A stretch of DNA of 64,000 nucleotides from Octopus vulgaris (GCA_951406725.2 OX597824.1:51336001-51400000); one strand, 5' to 3'. Shown: positions 45,372-59,788, numbered from the stretch's first letter. Numbers and translations: made by a program. The notes: a model not told the origin generated them from the sequence alone.

Positions 45372-45920
45372 AGACTTGCGACGGCATTCACCCGGGGTGG
45401 GTTTAGCCGGCTCCAACCAACGAATCAAGTTTGGAGTTTCAGCGGGGATACAAGTTCACATGTGGTTTCTTGTCTCATGCATACACATTTTGGGATAGTG
45501 TGATCTGTAGCTGCTCATCTTGCCGTCAATTCTCGACCGTCGTAAAGGATTCGCTGACCAAGTCACGGCCGATTATCGGAGCAGTCGTAGGCTGGGGTTG
45601 AAGTGGGTTCTAAAGACACGCTTTAACAAAAAGTAAGGTGTACCTCACTCCCAGTGGCCTTCCAGCACGCCGAGCAGCAACCAAGAATTTCTGAGAACTC
45701 GCGCTATTGCTAGATGGTCGTTGAGCCTACACTATGTTCATCTGTCCTTTTCACAGGTCTTGACTCTAGCCCTGCTAAGTTTCTAGCAATCCTCCTCACC
45801 AGGCAAGCCTAGTGAGGGTTCCGGTTTAGTGGCCGATGATCCAACCATGCAACAGGTTGTACTGGAGTCAATGTTACCTGTAGCACTCATGAGAAGCCTT
45901 ACAAGTGACCTGACACTAGC
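45372..45920 (-). mobile_element. Non-coding RTE-like retroposon derivative
   Basis: Minus strand resembles an RTE 5'UTR and ends aaacccaccccgggtgaatgccgtcgcaagtc. No ORF. Confidence 0.4.
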
Positions 45921-45922
45921 TG

Positions 45923-45962
<40 letters not shown>

Positions 45963-46075
45963 ATTTAGGAATGGTCATTTTTGCCAGTTTAGCCAATAAA
46001 AACACACGCACTATATATTTGGTATTACTTTGCTTCAGCGTTATTTATTGTTTACATTAATCTTAATCTTATTTC

Positions 46076-46120
46076 GGCCAGTGTTCTTTCGTCACACTCC
46101 TGTGACCTCATCAGTGATCC
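46076..46120 (-). ncRNA. Hammerhead in the sense pLTR, cleavage triplet mutated
   Basis: Reverse complement ggatca-CTGATGA-g-gtcac-aggagt-gtgac-GAAA-gaa-CAC-tggcc. Confidence 0.55.
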
Positions 46121-46380
46121 TTTGCTTTCTTCTTTCTTATTTGTTTGTCTCTCCTTCTTAACGGTCAACCATTTTGTATTTTGTATTCCTATTGTATGTG
46201 TCTTCATTTGCACATGCGTATACCTCTATGTGTGTCTATGTTTAGTTAGTGAGTGTGGGGGAAGTGCCTGTAATATTTGTATCTCCTGTTTATATACGTT
46301 CGTGTAATTTGTTTTTTTGTTTTTGTTTTGTTTATTTTTATTTTGTTCATGTCTTTACACATATTATTATTATTATTATT

Positions 46381-46935
46381 GAGTGAGAGAGCAGTTCATG
46401 CCATCAAGTGACACTGGGGTAAAATATACGAAGCCCAATATACCCATCATGACTACCCGTCTGATAAAGGTACACCAGGCACATGCATCACAACCATATG
46501 TGCGCGACATGGTGATCTCATATCAAGATAAACAGCACATGACCTTGCAGGTGGGGCCCAGTTAGAATTTTCTTCAGGTTGAGTAGCCCATCCCGCTCAA
46601 ACGGTCCCTGAATAAGGGTTGTTTAAGGATGTTGAAAGAACCACCCATGTTTCCAGAGGTGAACTATTCAAACCCCAAACAATCCCTCTCAACACATGGC
46701 TATGATGCTCCCCCACTACTTCTGCTCGTGATCAGAGATGCACATATCGTCAGCCACTAAGGGACATGCTCAACTGGTTAAGGTCAAACAACTGACAAGC
46801 AAATCTGTGGTATTGAGCAGAATATTTGCTGTAGCCCATCTTTTATACCAAGACAAAACAATGTACATGATAACACTTCCAATCAGTTAAGATCAGAAGC
46901 CATGAGAGCCACTGCCTGGTACTGCATCAGGGCAT
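46381..46935 (-). mobile_element. (TAA)n-embedded retroposon, full copy inserted in the PLE's TAA tract
   Basis: Same family as 9106-9636 and 36282-36743. Confidence 0.9.
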
Positions 46936-48423
46936 TTATTATTATTATTATTATTATCATCATTATTATTTTATTATTATTATTATTTCTAATGTATATA
47001 GCTATTTACTTCCATTTGTTTATTTATCTGTGTATTTTATTGTTTTTAGTTTTGTTTATATTGTTACCAGTTTATGGGGATCTTCTGTCATATGCTGTGG
47101 TGTGTGCTAGCGTTCCATTCCAGTTTCCTATTCAGGCTAGGTTTATCTTCTATTATGTATGTAGCTTCCGTAATTTGTCTGATTGTTGCGTCTGTTCTAT
47201 GTGTGGACAAGATTTTAACTTCTATGTTGTTGATTGAGCCCCCGTGTTCCTGCTCGGCGTGTTAGTACAGAACCGATGAGCTCTTTTCTTCCCTAAGTTC
47301 TCTCCAATGTTCATTTACCCGCCCTCCTATGCTCCGTGCCGTTTCCCCTACGTATGTCGTTGTCTTGTTACTGCATCGTCTCTCTATACATCTTATACTA
47401 TAGACTACATTTCTGGCTTTACAGTTTGTTTGTGGGCTAAATCTACACACAGTACAGTTCCTATCCGTACAGGGGGTTCTACTAAAAGGGTATGTTCTAC
47501 CAATTAGGGATTTGATAGGGTTTCCTGGCCTTTCAACAACCTTAATCCTTAGCTTAAGTTTGTCTAGGGCCCTTCTAAAGCGGTACGCCAGTTCGCCTCT
47601 AGGGGTGGTGTCGACGAACATGACACTCTGGTATTTGTGGCTATCATACCAAGAGCTGGCCTTCCCTATTTTCTTCTTAGTCCTTTCAATAGTATTCGAT
47701 GACTTGCTCGTATAAAGTGGGCAAATCCCATTCCTATCATTACATAAGATAGTATCAAATTTCTTCATGGCTCCTTTGTATATTCTGATCCTTTCTTTAT
47801 GGCTGTAACCTAAGAACTGCATGCGGTGAACGAAATGTTGTCTCTTTAACTCCGTAGGCTCGCACATGCGGGACACGTTTCGCATTATTCTGACGAGGTC
47901 TGTCATCAAAATATTGAATTTGGCATTGTCCGCGATAGCTGAGTTCCGGTGGATCAAGTATTAGGTTTGGCATAGTACGAATGAAGGATTCGGGTTTTAT
48001 TATTCTCAGTTTCCAGTCAGAGTTATGTGTCTAGTACTGGTAGTCTATGGTTACGGTATTTAGTGGGGTAGTCTATCGTGACCTTAATACTCTGGTGGAT
48101 GGAATTAGCTATTTGCTGGATGCTCTCCATAGTATTAGTTTCTATTTCTATTTCAAGAGTACTCTCTTGTGGGGGTGCCTTTACCACTATGTTGATATCA
48201 TCAACATAGCGAGAGTACATGTTCACGAGTATGGAGTTCTGTGTCAGGCGTTCCTTAAGCCTGCTGTCCCACCATACCATGAAAAGGTTGGCCACATCAC
48301 CGGCGATACTAACGCCGATGGCTGCCCCCTCGTCTTGGGCATATATTTTGTTGTTAAACTTCAACGTGTGGCCTTTTAGGGTAACTCATATACTAGCTCC
48401 TAGTGCATGTGCGATCATTTTCT

Positions 48424-48479
<56 letters not shown>

Positions 48480-48712
48480 CACATGAACAAAATAAAAAAT
48501 AAACAAAAACAAAAACAAAAAACAAATTACACGAACATATATATACAAATATTACAGGCACTTCCCCCCCCCACACACACACACTAACTAAACATAGACA
48601 CACATAGAGGTATACGCATGTGCAAATGAAGACACATACAATAGGAATACAAAATACAAAATGGCTGACCATTAGTAAGGAGAGACACATAAATAAGAAA
48701 GAAGAAAGCAAA

Positions 48713-48757
48713 GGACCACTGATGAGGTCACAGGAGTGTGACGAAAGAACTCTGGCC
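48713..48757 (+). ncRNA. Hammerhead in the inverted pLTR
   Basis: ggacca-CTGATGA-g-gtcac-aggagt-gtgac-GAAA-gaa-CTC-tggcc. Confidence 0.7.
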
Positions 48758-48937
48758 GAAATAAGATTAAGATTAATGTAAAAAATGAATAACGCTGAAG
48801 CAAAGTAACATCAAATATATAGTGCATGTGTTTTTATTGGCTAAACTGGCAAAATGACCATTCCTAAATACAACAATGTATGTTTCAACACACGATTTCA
48901 CATCAAAAATCTTGCAAAACAAATATATAAACGTGTA

Positions 48938-48988
<51 letters not shown>

Positions 48989-49487
48989 CAAAATGAGAAA
49001 ATGGAGAAACCTACTTAAATCAATCATCAACCATCAGATAATACCCAATCAATACTTATATATATATATATATATATGGAGATGCACAGGTGTCAATTCA
49101 ACATGCCCGTTCCAAGCGACTCCTTAATTGATTAATGAAAACATTACATCATTTGTGACAGCATAAACTTCAAACATTAAGAATAAAATCGCTGCTTTAA
49201 CATATTCACATCAATAATGGAACCCAAAATATTTACATTGTTTCTGTTGTCATATCTCTCGCAGAACTGCCAAGAGCGGATCTTTTCACTCAGCTGGGTT
49301 GCGTTGTCTGCACACACGGCAGGAATATCAGGTGCAAACACTCCTGCACAAAGTTTTCATATTCAATATTGAATTAATATATGGCTTGGGTGTGCGGATT
49401 AAACCGACCTAACAAGGTGCCGCAATTTAAGTACTTAATTCAACTGAATCTTAGTCGTATACACACACACACACACATATATATATA

Positions 49488-49564
<77 letters not shown>

Positions 49565-49641
49565 CGTGCGTGTGTCTGTCTGTTTCGTATATGCATTTGT
49601 TTTGCAAGGCTCTTTATGTGAATTCGTGTGTGCAAGAATAT

Positions 49642-49846
49642 TTTGTTGTGTCTGGGGAGAGTCATTCTGTTTTAATGCATTATTAATTAACAGATTCACC
49701 GGTTCAGTTTCCACTCATTTACTTATATATTTATTTTATCTAAAATTTTCGTTGCTCCTCGAAACCTCTTCAATAGTTGCTAAATCTGTCCATTATCGGA
49801 GTTGCGTTAATTTTGTTTGTTTGTTTGTGCGTCAGTGTGTATACGC

Positions 49847-49877
<31 letters not shown>

Positions 49878-49906
49878 TGTATGTATTATGTATTTATACG
49901 TACGTA

Positions 49907-49948
<42 letters not shown>

Positions 49949-50451
49949 TGTGCATGTGTGTGCATTTGTACGTATGTATGTATTCTGTGTTTATATGTCT
50001 GTGCATATGTGTGTGTATGTATCTGCATGTATACACACTCATACACATAGACATGAACAAACAAAAACATGACTATGCAGAATACATACATACAAACGTA
50101 CACACACATATATATATGCATACACACACACGCATACATACATGCATGCATACATACATGCATACATACATACATGCATACATACATACATACATACATA
50201 CATACATACACACACGCATACATGCATACATACATATGTGTATGTACATACACACTGACGCACACACACTCGTACAAACAAACAAAAAGAATGCAGCTCG
50301 GATAACGGACAGAGTGAACGACAATTAAAAAGTTTGCAAGAAGCAACGAAAATTTTAGAAAAAGAAATTAAATAAATAGGTAAATGAGTGGAAATTGAAC
50401 CGGTGAGTGTTTTAATTAATAAGGCACTAAACAGAATTTCTTACCCCAGAC

Positions 50452-50460
<9 letters not shown>
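49642..50460. repeat. Diverged inverted repeat (~185 bp arms) with mirrored internal microsatellites
   Basis: ttgttgtgtctgggg..caccggttca.tttccactcatttac..ctaaaattttcgttgct is mirrored at 50274-50460. Related fragments at ~43535-43645 and ~48880-48925. Confidence 0.75.
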
Positions 50461-50494
<34 letters not shown>

Positions 50495-50496
<2 letters not shown>

Positions 50497-51728
50497 GGGT
50501 CATCCCATAAACAATGCGGTTTTTTCAATTGCATGAACAAGTCGGAAGGGAATGGAATAAACTACCTGCATCAACTTACTATAAAATCAGGTAGTAATTT
50601 TACCTTGTCCTCATTCTTAGTACAAGTTTTGAAGAGTGCAGTTCGATTTTTACAGTTACTTTTTCAAAGCTCTAATGGAAGTGACAAAGGTGCATATTCG
50701 GCATATTTTGCTCTATGAGTTCAATAAAAGCAACAACACAACGGAAAGTGCGAGGAATATTAATGCAGTATATAGTGATCGAAGCTAGTGTCAACGGTGG
50801 TTCCAGAAATTCCGAGCCGAAAACTTCAGCCTAGAAGACGAGCCTCGTTCAGGAACATCTGTAGAACTCGAGGAGGACGTCTTGCAAACTCTGGTGGAAC
50901 AAAATCCCATCGCAACTGTTAAGGAACTAGCAGAGAAGCTTGGATTCGGTCATTCATGGACACCTGCGTGCCGTCGGAAAAGTCAGCAAATTGGGTCCGA
51001 GTCTAATCGTGCGCAGAGAGTGAATGTGTGCTCTTCTTTGCTGTCACGTCTCACCAATGAACCTTTTTTGGACCGAATAGTGACTGGTGATGAGAAATTA
51101 GTTCTCTATAAAAATGTAAAGCGCCGAAGACAGTGGATAGGGAAAGGAGAAACACTGGCACCCAATGCTTAAAAAGGTATTTACCCACGTAAACTGTTTT
51201 TGTTCTGTTTGGTGGGATATGAAAGGTTTAGTCCACTTTGAACATTGAATCCCAAACCAAAAGAGATATACTGCGAACAACTTTAGCGGCTTAAGTCAGC
51301 GCTAGAAGAAAAACGACCATCTTTGGTTTCAAGACGAAAGATGTTCTTCCATCAGGATAATGTTTGGCCACATACAGTGAGGATGACATTCCAAAGGCTG
51401 GAGCAGTTTGAATGGGGAACGATGCCCCACTTAACATATTCGCCGGACATTGCCCCATCTGATTATCATTTATTCTGCAGTCTTCAAAACCATTTGGACA
51501 GAAAATATATGAATTCTGTGGACGAGGTCAGAACAGTACTGGGGGAGAATTTTCCGTCACGGACAAGTGAATTTTAGAAGAGGGGTCTTGCAAGTCTACA
51601 AGATAGATCGAAGAACATTGTAGAAAATAGAGGAGGGTATATTTTAGATTAAAGAAGAATTTTGTTTATCTAAATTTTGAAAAATAAAAGAAGTATAAAA
51701 AAAACGCATTATTTATGGGATGACCCAA
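50495..51728 (+). mobile_element. Mariner (DD34D) element with decayed transposase
   Basis: TIRs gggtcatcccataaa.aatgcg / cgcattatttatgggatgaccc. MEVTKVHIRHILLYEF, IVTGDEK, FHQDN..PH, YSPDIAPSDYHLF. Confidence 0.92.
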
Positions 51729-51910
51729 TATATAATTATTTAAGTATTGGGTATATACCTAGTAGTAAGCTGTTGAAGCACGTTCACTGCTTATGGCTAC
51801 CTGACATCATTCATGCAATTGTTGCAGGATCTAGCTCAGGAATTCCTCAGTGTTCGTTGAGTATATAAATGATAAAGACAGAAAATGGAACATACGAGAA
51901 ACTTTATTGC

Positions 51911-52011
51911 TCACAACGATCTTTCGACCCATCCTGCCGATCCCTCGCGAATGGGATACTGTACAACTGGTTGTGGTGCACCCCTCACGTAAGAAGCTTT
52001 TCGTCAGGTGA
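51911..52011 (-). ncRNA. Degenerate hammerhead with long stem-loop II, followed by AATAAA
   Basis: Reverse complement tcac-CTGACGA-(~75 nt)-GAAA-gatc-GTT-gtga-gc-aataaa; the base of stem II pairs poorly. Confidence 0.45.
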
Positions 52012-52188
52012 TTTTACAAGGGGTATTTAAATCCCGTTTCGCTCGGTTTTAATGCATAATTTTAATATGTATGTATGCATGTATGTACTCTCCCGCACAC
52101 AACATACCTAATGCTAACTGCAGCAAATGCTAGATTCACATTTGACTTACCCCAACAATACATCCAAGATATATAACACAAAAATTGG

Positions 52189-52585
52189 CTTCAAATTTTG
52201 GTACAAGGGGAGGTGATAAGCCAATAACTTCGAGCGCAGTGTTCAGCTGGTACTTATTTTTCGACCCTGAAATGATGAAAAGTAAAGTCAACCTCGGCGG
52301 AATTTGAACTCAGAACGTAAAGGTAACCGAAATGCCCCTAAGCCTTTCGCCAAGCGTGCTAACGATTTTGCTTGCTCGCCACCTTACATATAACACAAAT
52401 ATATTTTGGCACAACGCCAGCAATTTCGAGGGAGGGGCTAAGTCGATTACATCGACACTAGTACTCGACTGTTACTTATTTTATCGACCTCGAAAGAATG
52501 AAAGGCAAATCGACCGCGACAGTATTTGAAGCCACAATGTAATGCGCTAAGCATTTTGCCCGACTTGCTAACGATTCTGCCGCCT
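52189..52585 (-). mobile_element. Two tandem SINE family 2 copies
   Basis: The ttttgg(t/c)acaa..tacttatttt..cgacc..atgaaa core occurs twice. Confidence 0.75.
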
Positions 52586-54126
52586 TTCGGCTAGGGTGAT
52601 TAACAGACCCTCTCTTGCGCGCGCTCTCTCTCCCTCTCTTCCCCCCCTCTCTCTCTAAACAATACAAGGTAGGTACTTGCTGAGGTTGGCAGATGGTGAA
52701 AGAATGGGTCCCACAACAGCCGTCAAATACGAAAGGAGATATATAGATGAATAAAAAAGATAACACTGGCGTTAGCGACGAATACATCAGCAACGACTGT
52801 AATAATTGTCATCATCGTCATCATCATTATCATCATTAACAGCAATAGCAGCAGCAGCAGCAGCAACAACAGCATTTGCCTCTTCGGCATCACCTTAATA
52901 AACCGTCATCATCATTACCTTTACCATCATATTGCTCGTTATGACTCGATTAACAATTACCATCATTAACACTATAACTACTCTTCTCATCTTCCTCATC
53001 TACCTCCCCATCATCCTCATACTCTTCATTACCATCAAGATCAACAACATTATCCTCAAAACTATCGAAATCATCATCATCATCATCATCATCATCCTAG
53101 TCATTGTTTTCACCAACATCAGCAGCAGCATCGTCATCGTCACTATTACCATCGTTACCATCACCATCCTCATGGTTGTCGTCGTTGTCATCGTCACCAT
53201 CGTCACCATCGTCGCTATCGTCGTCGTCGTCATCATCATCATCATCATCATCATCATTGCAAAGATCACGTGCAAAAAGACGTCTATAATAAGGGTGTGA
53301 CGTGACTGGAACAAAAAGCAACAGGTCGTTGTCTTTTTGTCCTTTGTTTCTTTGTATCTGATGGGATACCCATCCACCCAACCAGCACACCTATCTACGT
53401 AACTATCCGGCCACTTATAATAAACCTACCTACCTACCTTTCTGCCACTACACCGACCCGCTTCTCTTTTAGATATCAGAAACCCCGCATAGACAAAAAC
53501 TTACACACATGCAAACGTTAATAGTCTGTTTAAGAGACGACTATGTTTTTCGTGCAAATATGTGTGTGTGAGAGAGATGGAGGGGAGAAAGAATTAAACG
53601 TACATACAAACAGGACACGCATTAGCCCAGACGTCTATTAAGTTAGATTGGGAAAAGGTAAACATGAAAATAAATGGAAGGGACGGTCATCGGAAGTCAA
53701 CGAGTTCGAGTGGAAAGGGTTCTTGCGTGATCTTTTGTCGGTTGCTTACTTAGATCATCGTAATTATTTTACTTTATTTATTTTTTATTTGTCTTTTTTG
53801 TGCTATATCTTTCATCACCATCACCACCGACACCATTAACACCAGTGACTACAATACTAACAAAAACATCATCAACATTTTTTTTATTTTAATCAAAGAA
53901 CTGTGGTCTGAATCAACATACTCCGCCACCCCCTCCGTCACCACTTCCACCACCATCAGCATCACTAACACGATCACGTAAAATACGACTTCTCTCTTCG
54001 CCCTTATCATCATCATCACCCTCACCAACAGCAACAACCACCACCAGTACGGGAATAAATAGACAAGAAATCAAACGCTACTGGTTGTTATTTTTTAAAT
54101 CATTATTTTGATTAGAAAACTGCACC

Positions 54127-54199
<73 letters not shown>

Positions 54200-54219
54200 C
54201 GCACGACCTCATACGCATA

Positions 54220-54870
54220 TTCTTTTCTATTCTGGGCACAAGGCCGGAAATTTTGGGGGAGGGGATCGGTCGATTAGATCGAACCAGTACGCAACTGGTA
54301 CTTAATTTATCGATCTCGAAAGGATGGAGGGCAAAGTCGACCTCGGTGGAATTTGAACTCAGAACGTAAAGACAGACGAAATGCCTATTTCTTTACCACC
54401 CACAAGGGGCTACACACAGAGGGAACAAACAAGGGCAGACAAACGGATTAAGTCAATTATATCGACCTCAGTGCGTAACTGGTACTTATTTAATCGACCT
54501 CGAAAGGATGAAAGGCAAAGTCGACCTCGGCGGAATTTGAACTCAGAACGTAACGGCAGACGAAATACGGCTATGCATTTCGCCCGGCGTGCTAACGTTT
54601 CTGCCAGCTCGCCGCCCTATATTATTGTATATATTATATGTTTCTTTATTACCCACAAGGGGCTAAACATAGAGGGGACAAACAAGGACAGACAAACGGA
54701 TTAAGCCGATTATATCGACCCCCAGTGCGTAACTGGTACTTAATTTATCGACCCCGAAAGGATGAAAGGCAAAGTCGACCTCGGCGGAATGTAACTCAGA
54801 ACGTAACGGCAGACGAAATACGGCTACGCCTTTCGCCCGACGTGCTAACGTTTCTGCCAGCTCGCCGCCC
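54220..54870 (-). mobile_element. Tandem array of three SINE family 2 units
   Basis: actggtactta..tcga.c.cgaaaggatg..ggcaaagtcgacctcgg recurs at ~54295, ~54480 and ~54735; the last two ~250 bp units are highly similar. Confidence 0.85.
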
Positions 54871-55384
54871 TATATTACTGTATATATTATACTTTACCAT
54901 CTTATATTACGATATCGGTGTATGGGGAAGTTGTACACACAAATGACAAAGAGAGTAATGGTTTAAAACGATGGGGAAAAAGTAAACGCTAAAAGACCGT
55001 GAAAATATTAGAAAAACGCTATTTCTTTTTTTATTTGACTTGGTTTGAAATTCCGTTTTACATTTTAATTTTCTATTAATTTTACCTTAGTTCTGAGTTT
55101 TTGTCAAGTTTTCGAATGAAGAACTATCAGTCTGTTTAAAATAGCAGGTGATGAAAATTTTTAGAATTATAAACAGTAGCAAAAGATTTGATTTCAAAAT
55201 GGTGTGTAAAAAAAGGGTGAATCAGATGTGTGCTTCATGATAAATGGGTCTACATTTATAAAATTTCGTTCCAACAATGACTGAAACAAGTGAAAGAAAT
55301 TAGTATTTTCCTGGCAGCTGGGATTAAATAAATCTTATTAAATTTTGTTTATAGTTTGCTTTCATTTTTAATATTTATTTATTA

Positions 55385-55832
55385 TTTGGTCGAGCTCTCA
55401 TCCATTTCTCCATATATCATTTTAAGAGGAAGGTGAGGGTAGAGAGGGAGGTGCTGTTTTCTAGTGTGTTTATCAAAAGGTGGATGAGAGTGACAAAACT
55501 GGTGAGACTGAATGGACCTATTTCACTTATGCTTTTCTGGGTAGGAGAAACTGGAAGAGGGCACTTCCCATGTCTTGGGGATGGTAGAGTAATCCGGGTC
55601 TTTTGCTTGGGATTTACCCTGAATTACCTTAAGTGGACTGCTCCGCTTTGGGGGATTCTATTTGTGTATTAATTATTTATTTCTTTAAATTTTGTTTATA
55701 TATCCTTTGTTATAACCTTTAATATTGTAGTGTCTCCTCCTGATCGATGTAAACCCCAGTTGTTTTTGTGTGCTGTATCTTGTTATTTCATATTGTCCTC
55801 CATATCTTGGGCCATTGTAGCCAATAAAAGAT
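55385..55832 (+). mobile_element. LINE (L1/Tx1-like) 3' end with 3'UTR and poly(A) signal
   Basis: C-terminal-like KRKVRVEREVL..F.KRW followed by a T-rich UTR ending ccaataaaag. Confidence 0.45.
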
Positions 55833-56166
55833 ATCAGTATTTATTTATTTATTGTTTGTTTGTAATTCTACTTCTCATTCGGTATATTCTGAGAATTGGT
55901 GATACGTGAAAACTGAAGATATCAAAAAGATACTGATAACTAAGCATTTATAAAATTTGGCAACTAGTCCTCAGAAATTACAGATATTGGAAGAAAATCA
56001 TTATTTAATCGTTCGTTCAAGAATTCTAGAACAAACATTAGAATCAGTAGGAACCAAAACATGGTATTCAGAGTGAGACATCTTTGCGTGACTTTCAGGT
56101 TTTACTTTGGATACAATGTCACGTAGACTTATTTGTGTCTATACTGTAACTTATATAAAATATTAG

Positions 56167-56471
56167 TTCCAAATTTTGGCACAAGAGCAGCAAGTTCAGG
56201 AGAGGAGGTAAATCGATTACAATGACCTCAGTGCTTGACTGGCATTTATTTTATCGACCCTGAAACTATGAAAGGCAAACGTGGCCTCAGCTGAATTTGA
56301 ACTTAGCAGCATTTCGTCCAACTTTACGTTCTGAGTTCAAATTCCATTTTAATCAACTTTGTTTTTTATCCTTTCTGGGTCGATCAATTAAGTACGAGTC
56401 GAGCACAGGGATCGAAGTAGTCGACTAACCCTCTCCCGCGAAATTGCTGGTCTTGTGCCAAAATTTGAAAC
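56167..56471. mobile_element. Head-to-head pair of SINE family 2 fragments
   Basis: caaattttggcacaag at the left mirrors cttgtgccaaaatttg at the right. Confidence 0.7.
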
Positions 56472-58311
56472 CTATATCAGAATATATCAAAATATGTCAG
56501 ATAATGTTATAATATTATAATTCTTATAATATCATATGTCTAGGATACGTAATATACTCAAATATAATATCATGATATGCCAAGTATGTCTTAAATATTA
56601 TATTATAATATATTAGAAAGCATTATCAGAGATATAACATATTATATTCTGTGCTGGTCCTATATACTAGTATGTAACTCATCCACAGTATTATGGTTTA
56701 TATCGTCATGGTTCATGCTCGGCTCTGGTCAGCCTTGATTCAGAGTAGTCGTGGTTAAAAACATGATCATCACAGTATATCCAGGACCACATTATAGATG
56801 GTGGAGTTGAATTTGAGGAAGATTGATCTGCAATTGGTGTCAGGTCGAATAACTGCGAAGCGACTTCGTTAGTAGCTGCTTACAGTGTCTCTCCTGGTTA
56901 AGATGTTACATTACTATATTACTATACCATACTGTAGACTCTTGCTAAAATTGAAATCATAAGTACGATTTTCCTTAACATGGCATATGGATAAGATTTT
57001 AAGTTTACGTCGGATATAATACCACAATCAAAGACCCCAATGCCATATATAGTATTCTGAGATGCTCATGTGACATTCTGCTTGTTTCTTTCATTTAACA
57101 CCATTTGGATTTTTTTTTTTAATAAATAAAAGTGATCTTGTTTGTTTTTGTTTTAGTGAAAGTTTCCATATGTTAGAAAGATTTATTTTAATTCATTTAA
57201 TGAAGTCACTAATGAAGTCTCTTACTGACAATTCAACAAACACATGACGTTTTCTTTTATTTTTTTCCATAATCAGGGCATATGTAAGATGTTTATAACA
57301 GTTTCACATATCGTAAACAAAACTATGAGTGATATCTATCTCAAATCAAGTAATATTTCAGATGTTTATACTTACCCGTAGCCCCAGGTGACATACGATC
57401 AAATGCTCCTGTCTTAACAATGCCGTCTATTACTTAGATCTAAGAATACATTATTCAATATTTCGTTCTCTAGTTATGGGAGATGTTGCCTTTATTTCGA
57501 GCAGTTTAAGCGATCAAAGAGAGCGGCTATTGGCCAATCTATTGTAGTATTTACTGTATATGATGTCGTTTGACCCAGATCAACTCTGATATGCGTTCCA
57601 TTTTTTTTCTAGACATAATATATTTATATCTACATTATCTAATGTGCGATTGCGGTTCCATAGCTGGTTTATTATAATAGTTTTGTAGCGGTTGCTTCTG
57701 TTTAGCCATTCGTCATTTCTTATTGAGCAGATCTGTGATCAAAGATATTCAACCGTGACTAATCTGTCTAATATATGAGTAGACTTATTCAAGGAATAGT
57801 ATCCAGTACACGATATATTTTTTAAGATGATAGCGCATAATTTGAGAAAGAATTATCTGCTATTTCTTGCAAGCCCAACAACCTTATCATGTAGCTATTC
57901 CCACTCTGACTCCTGTTTATCCTAAAAAGATACATCAAATTCATTCCCCCTAGAACATTATAAACATGTCAACGATTCTGTTATTTCCCCATCGATTTTT
58001 ACCTGTTTCCTTGACTTATTCGATGCCATTAGTTCTCTTATTGGGCTTAACGAATATATTAAAGATAAAAGTATAATTGTCCATGCGATAATTAGAGTCT
58101 CAATTCCGTGTCCTTTCGTAGTTAGCATTGAGAATTCACCTCTGTTGACTTAACGACGATGCGGTCCATGGGACTTCTTCTGGTCATGCCTTTTCTCAGT
58201 GATCTAGCTGCGGATCAGGTACTAAATTGACATTGCTACAACCATCAATACAAACTGTACGACGATCTCTTAACTTCATACATGTGGCAATATTTAAAAT
58301 GGATTGTACAG

Positions 58312-58376
<65 letters not shown>

Positions 58377-58700
58377 ACGTGTGCACATATATATGTATAT
58401 CAATACATATATTTATATATACATGTGTGTGTGTTGTATGTATACACGTTCGGAAATGAGCGAGTGTATATGCATACCTACGTATGTGAATATATTTGTG
58501 TATATGTATGCGTGTGCGTATATGTGTGTGTGTGTGAATATACGCGCGCGTATACGCATATGTATGTACAATATACATACGTACATAAATGTACGCATAC
58601 ATAAAAGATTATTCGCATAGTGCTATAAAATTCGTTGAGTGAAAGAAAGAAGTCAAGAGAAATCGATAAATGGATTATGGCATATATATCTACAGAGAGT

Positions 58701-59082
<382 letters not shown>

Positions 59083-59369
59083 CAGATAAATGGAATGATA
59101 GGGGAGTATGTGGGTCACTGATGTTATCAATTAATATCAGTTTGATTGCGTGGTACTTTAAGAGAACTGATTGAGAAGCTCATATTTATTCAGCTGAGAG
59201 CGTCCTGCTCCGACAAAGTACACGGTTTGCCAGTCTTAACGCTACATTAGATAGACAAACTTATTACGGGTGGCGAATTTACAAAACAGGCGGGATTTAC
59301 CAAAAGAAAGGAAAACAAAACACACCCAGACTTCTACAAACCACTGCTGTTGCTGGTACTGTTACTGAT

Positions 59370-59373
59370 GGTG

Positions 59374-59434
<61 letters not shown>

Positions 59435-59733
59435 CCATCATCATCACCACTATCATCATCATTATCGTCATGCTTATGGTAGTGGTGCTTTTGGTGAACG
59501 ACAACTATTATACTCCGAATCAATAGAAGAAGTATCAGTTGCAATTGTGATGTTGTTGTTATTAACGTTATTGTTGGTAAATAATAGCGGAACTGATGAA
59601 GGTCGTGTTTTCGTAGATGTGGTGCGCATGGGGCAGATGGACACGGTGATAATGATGATGATGATGATGGTAGTGGTGGTGGTGGTGGTTTTGGTGGTGG
59701 TGGTGGTGGTGGTGGTGGTGGTGGTGATATGTG

Positions 59734-59788
<55 letters not shown>

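Larger units (their letters stand above)
45956..48876 (-). mobile_element. 5'-truncated Penelope-like element with inverted pLTRs (45956-46352 and 48481-48876)
   Basis: RT QDEGAAIG..ANLFM..YSRYVDDI..LPVLD; GIY-YIG NVVYSIRC..YVGET.R..RVNEH; ~400 bp near-identical inverted arms. Confidence 0.9.
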
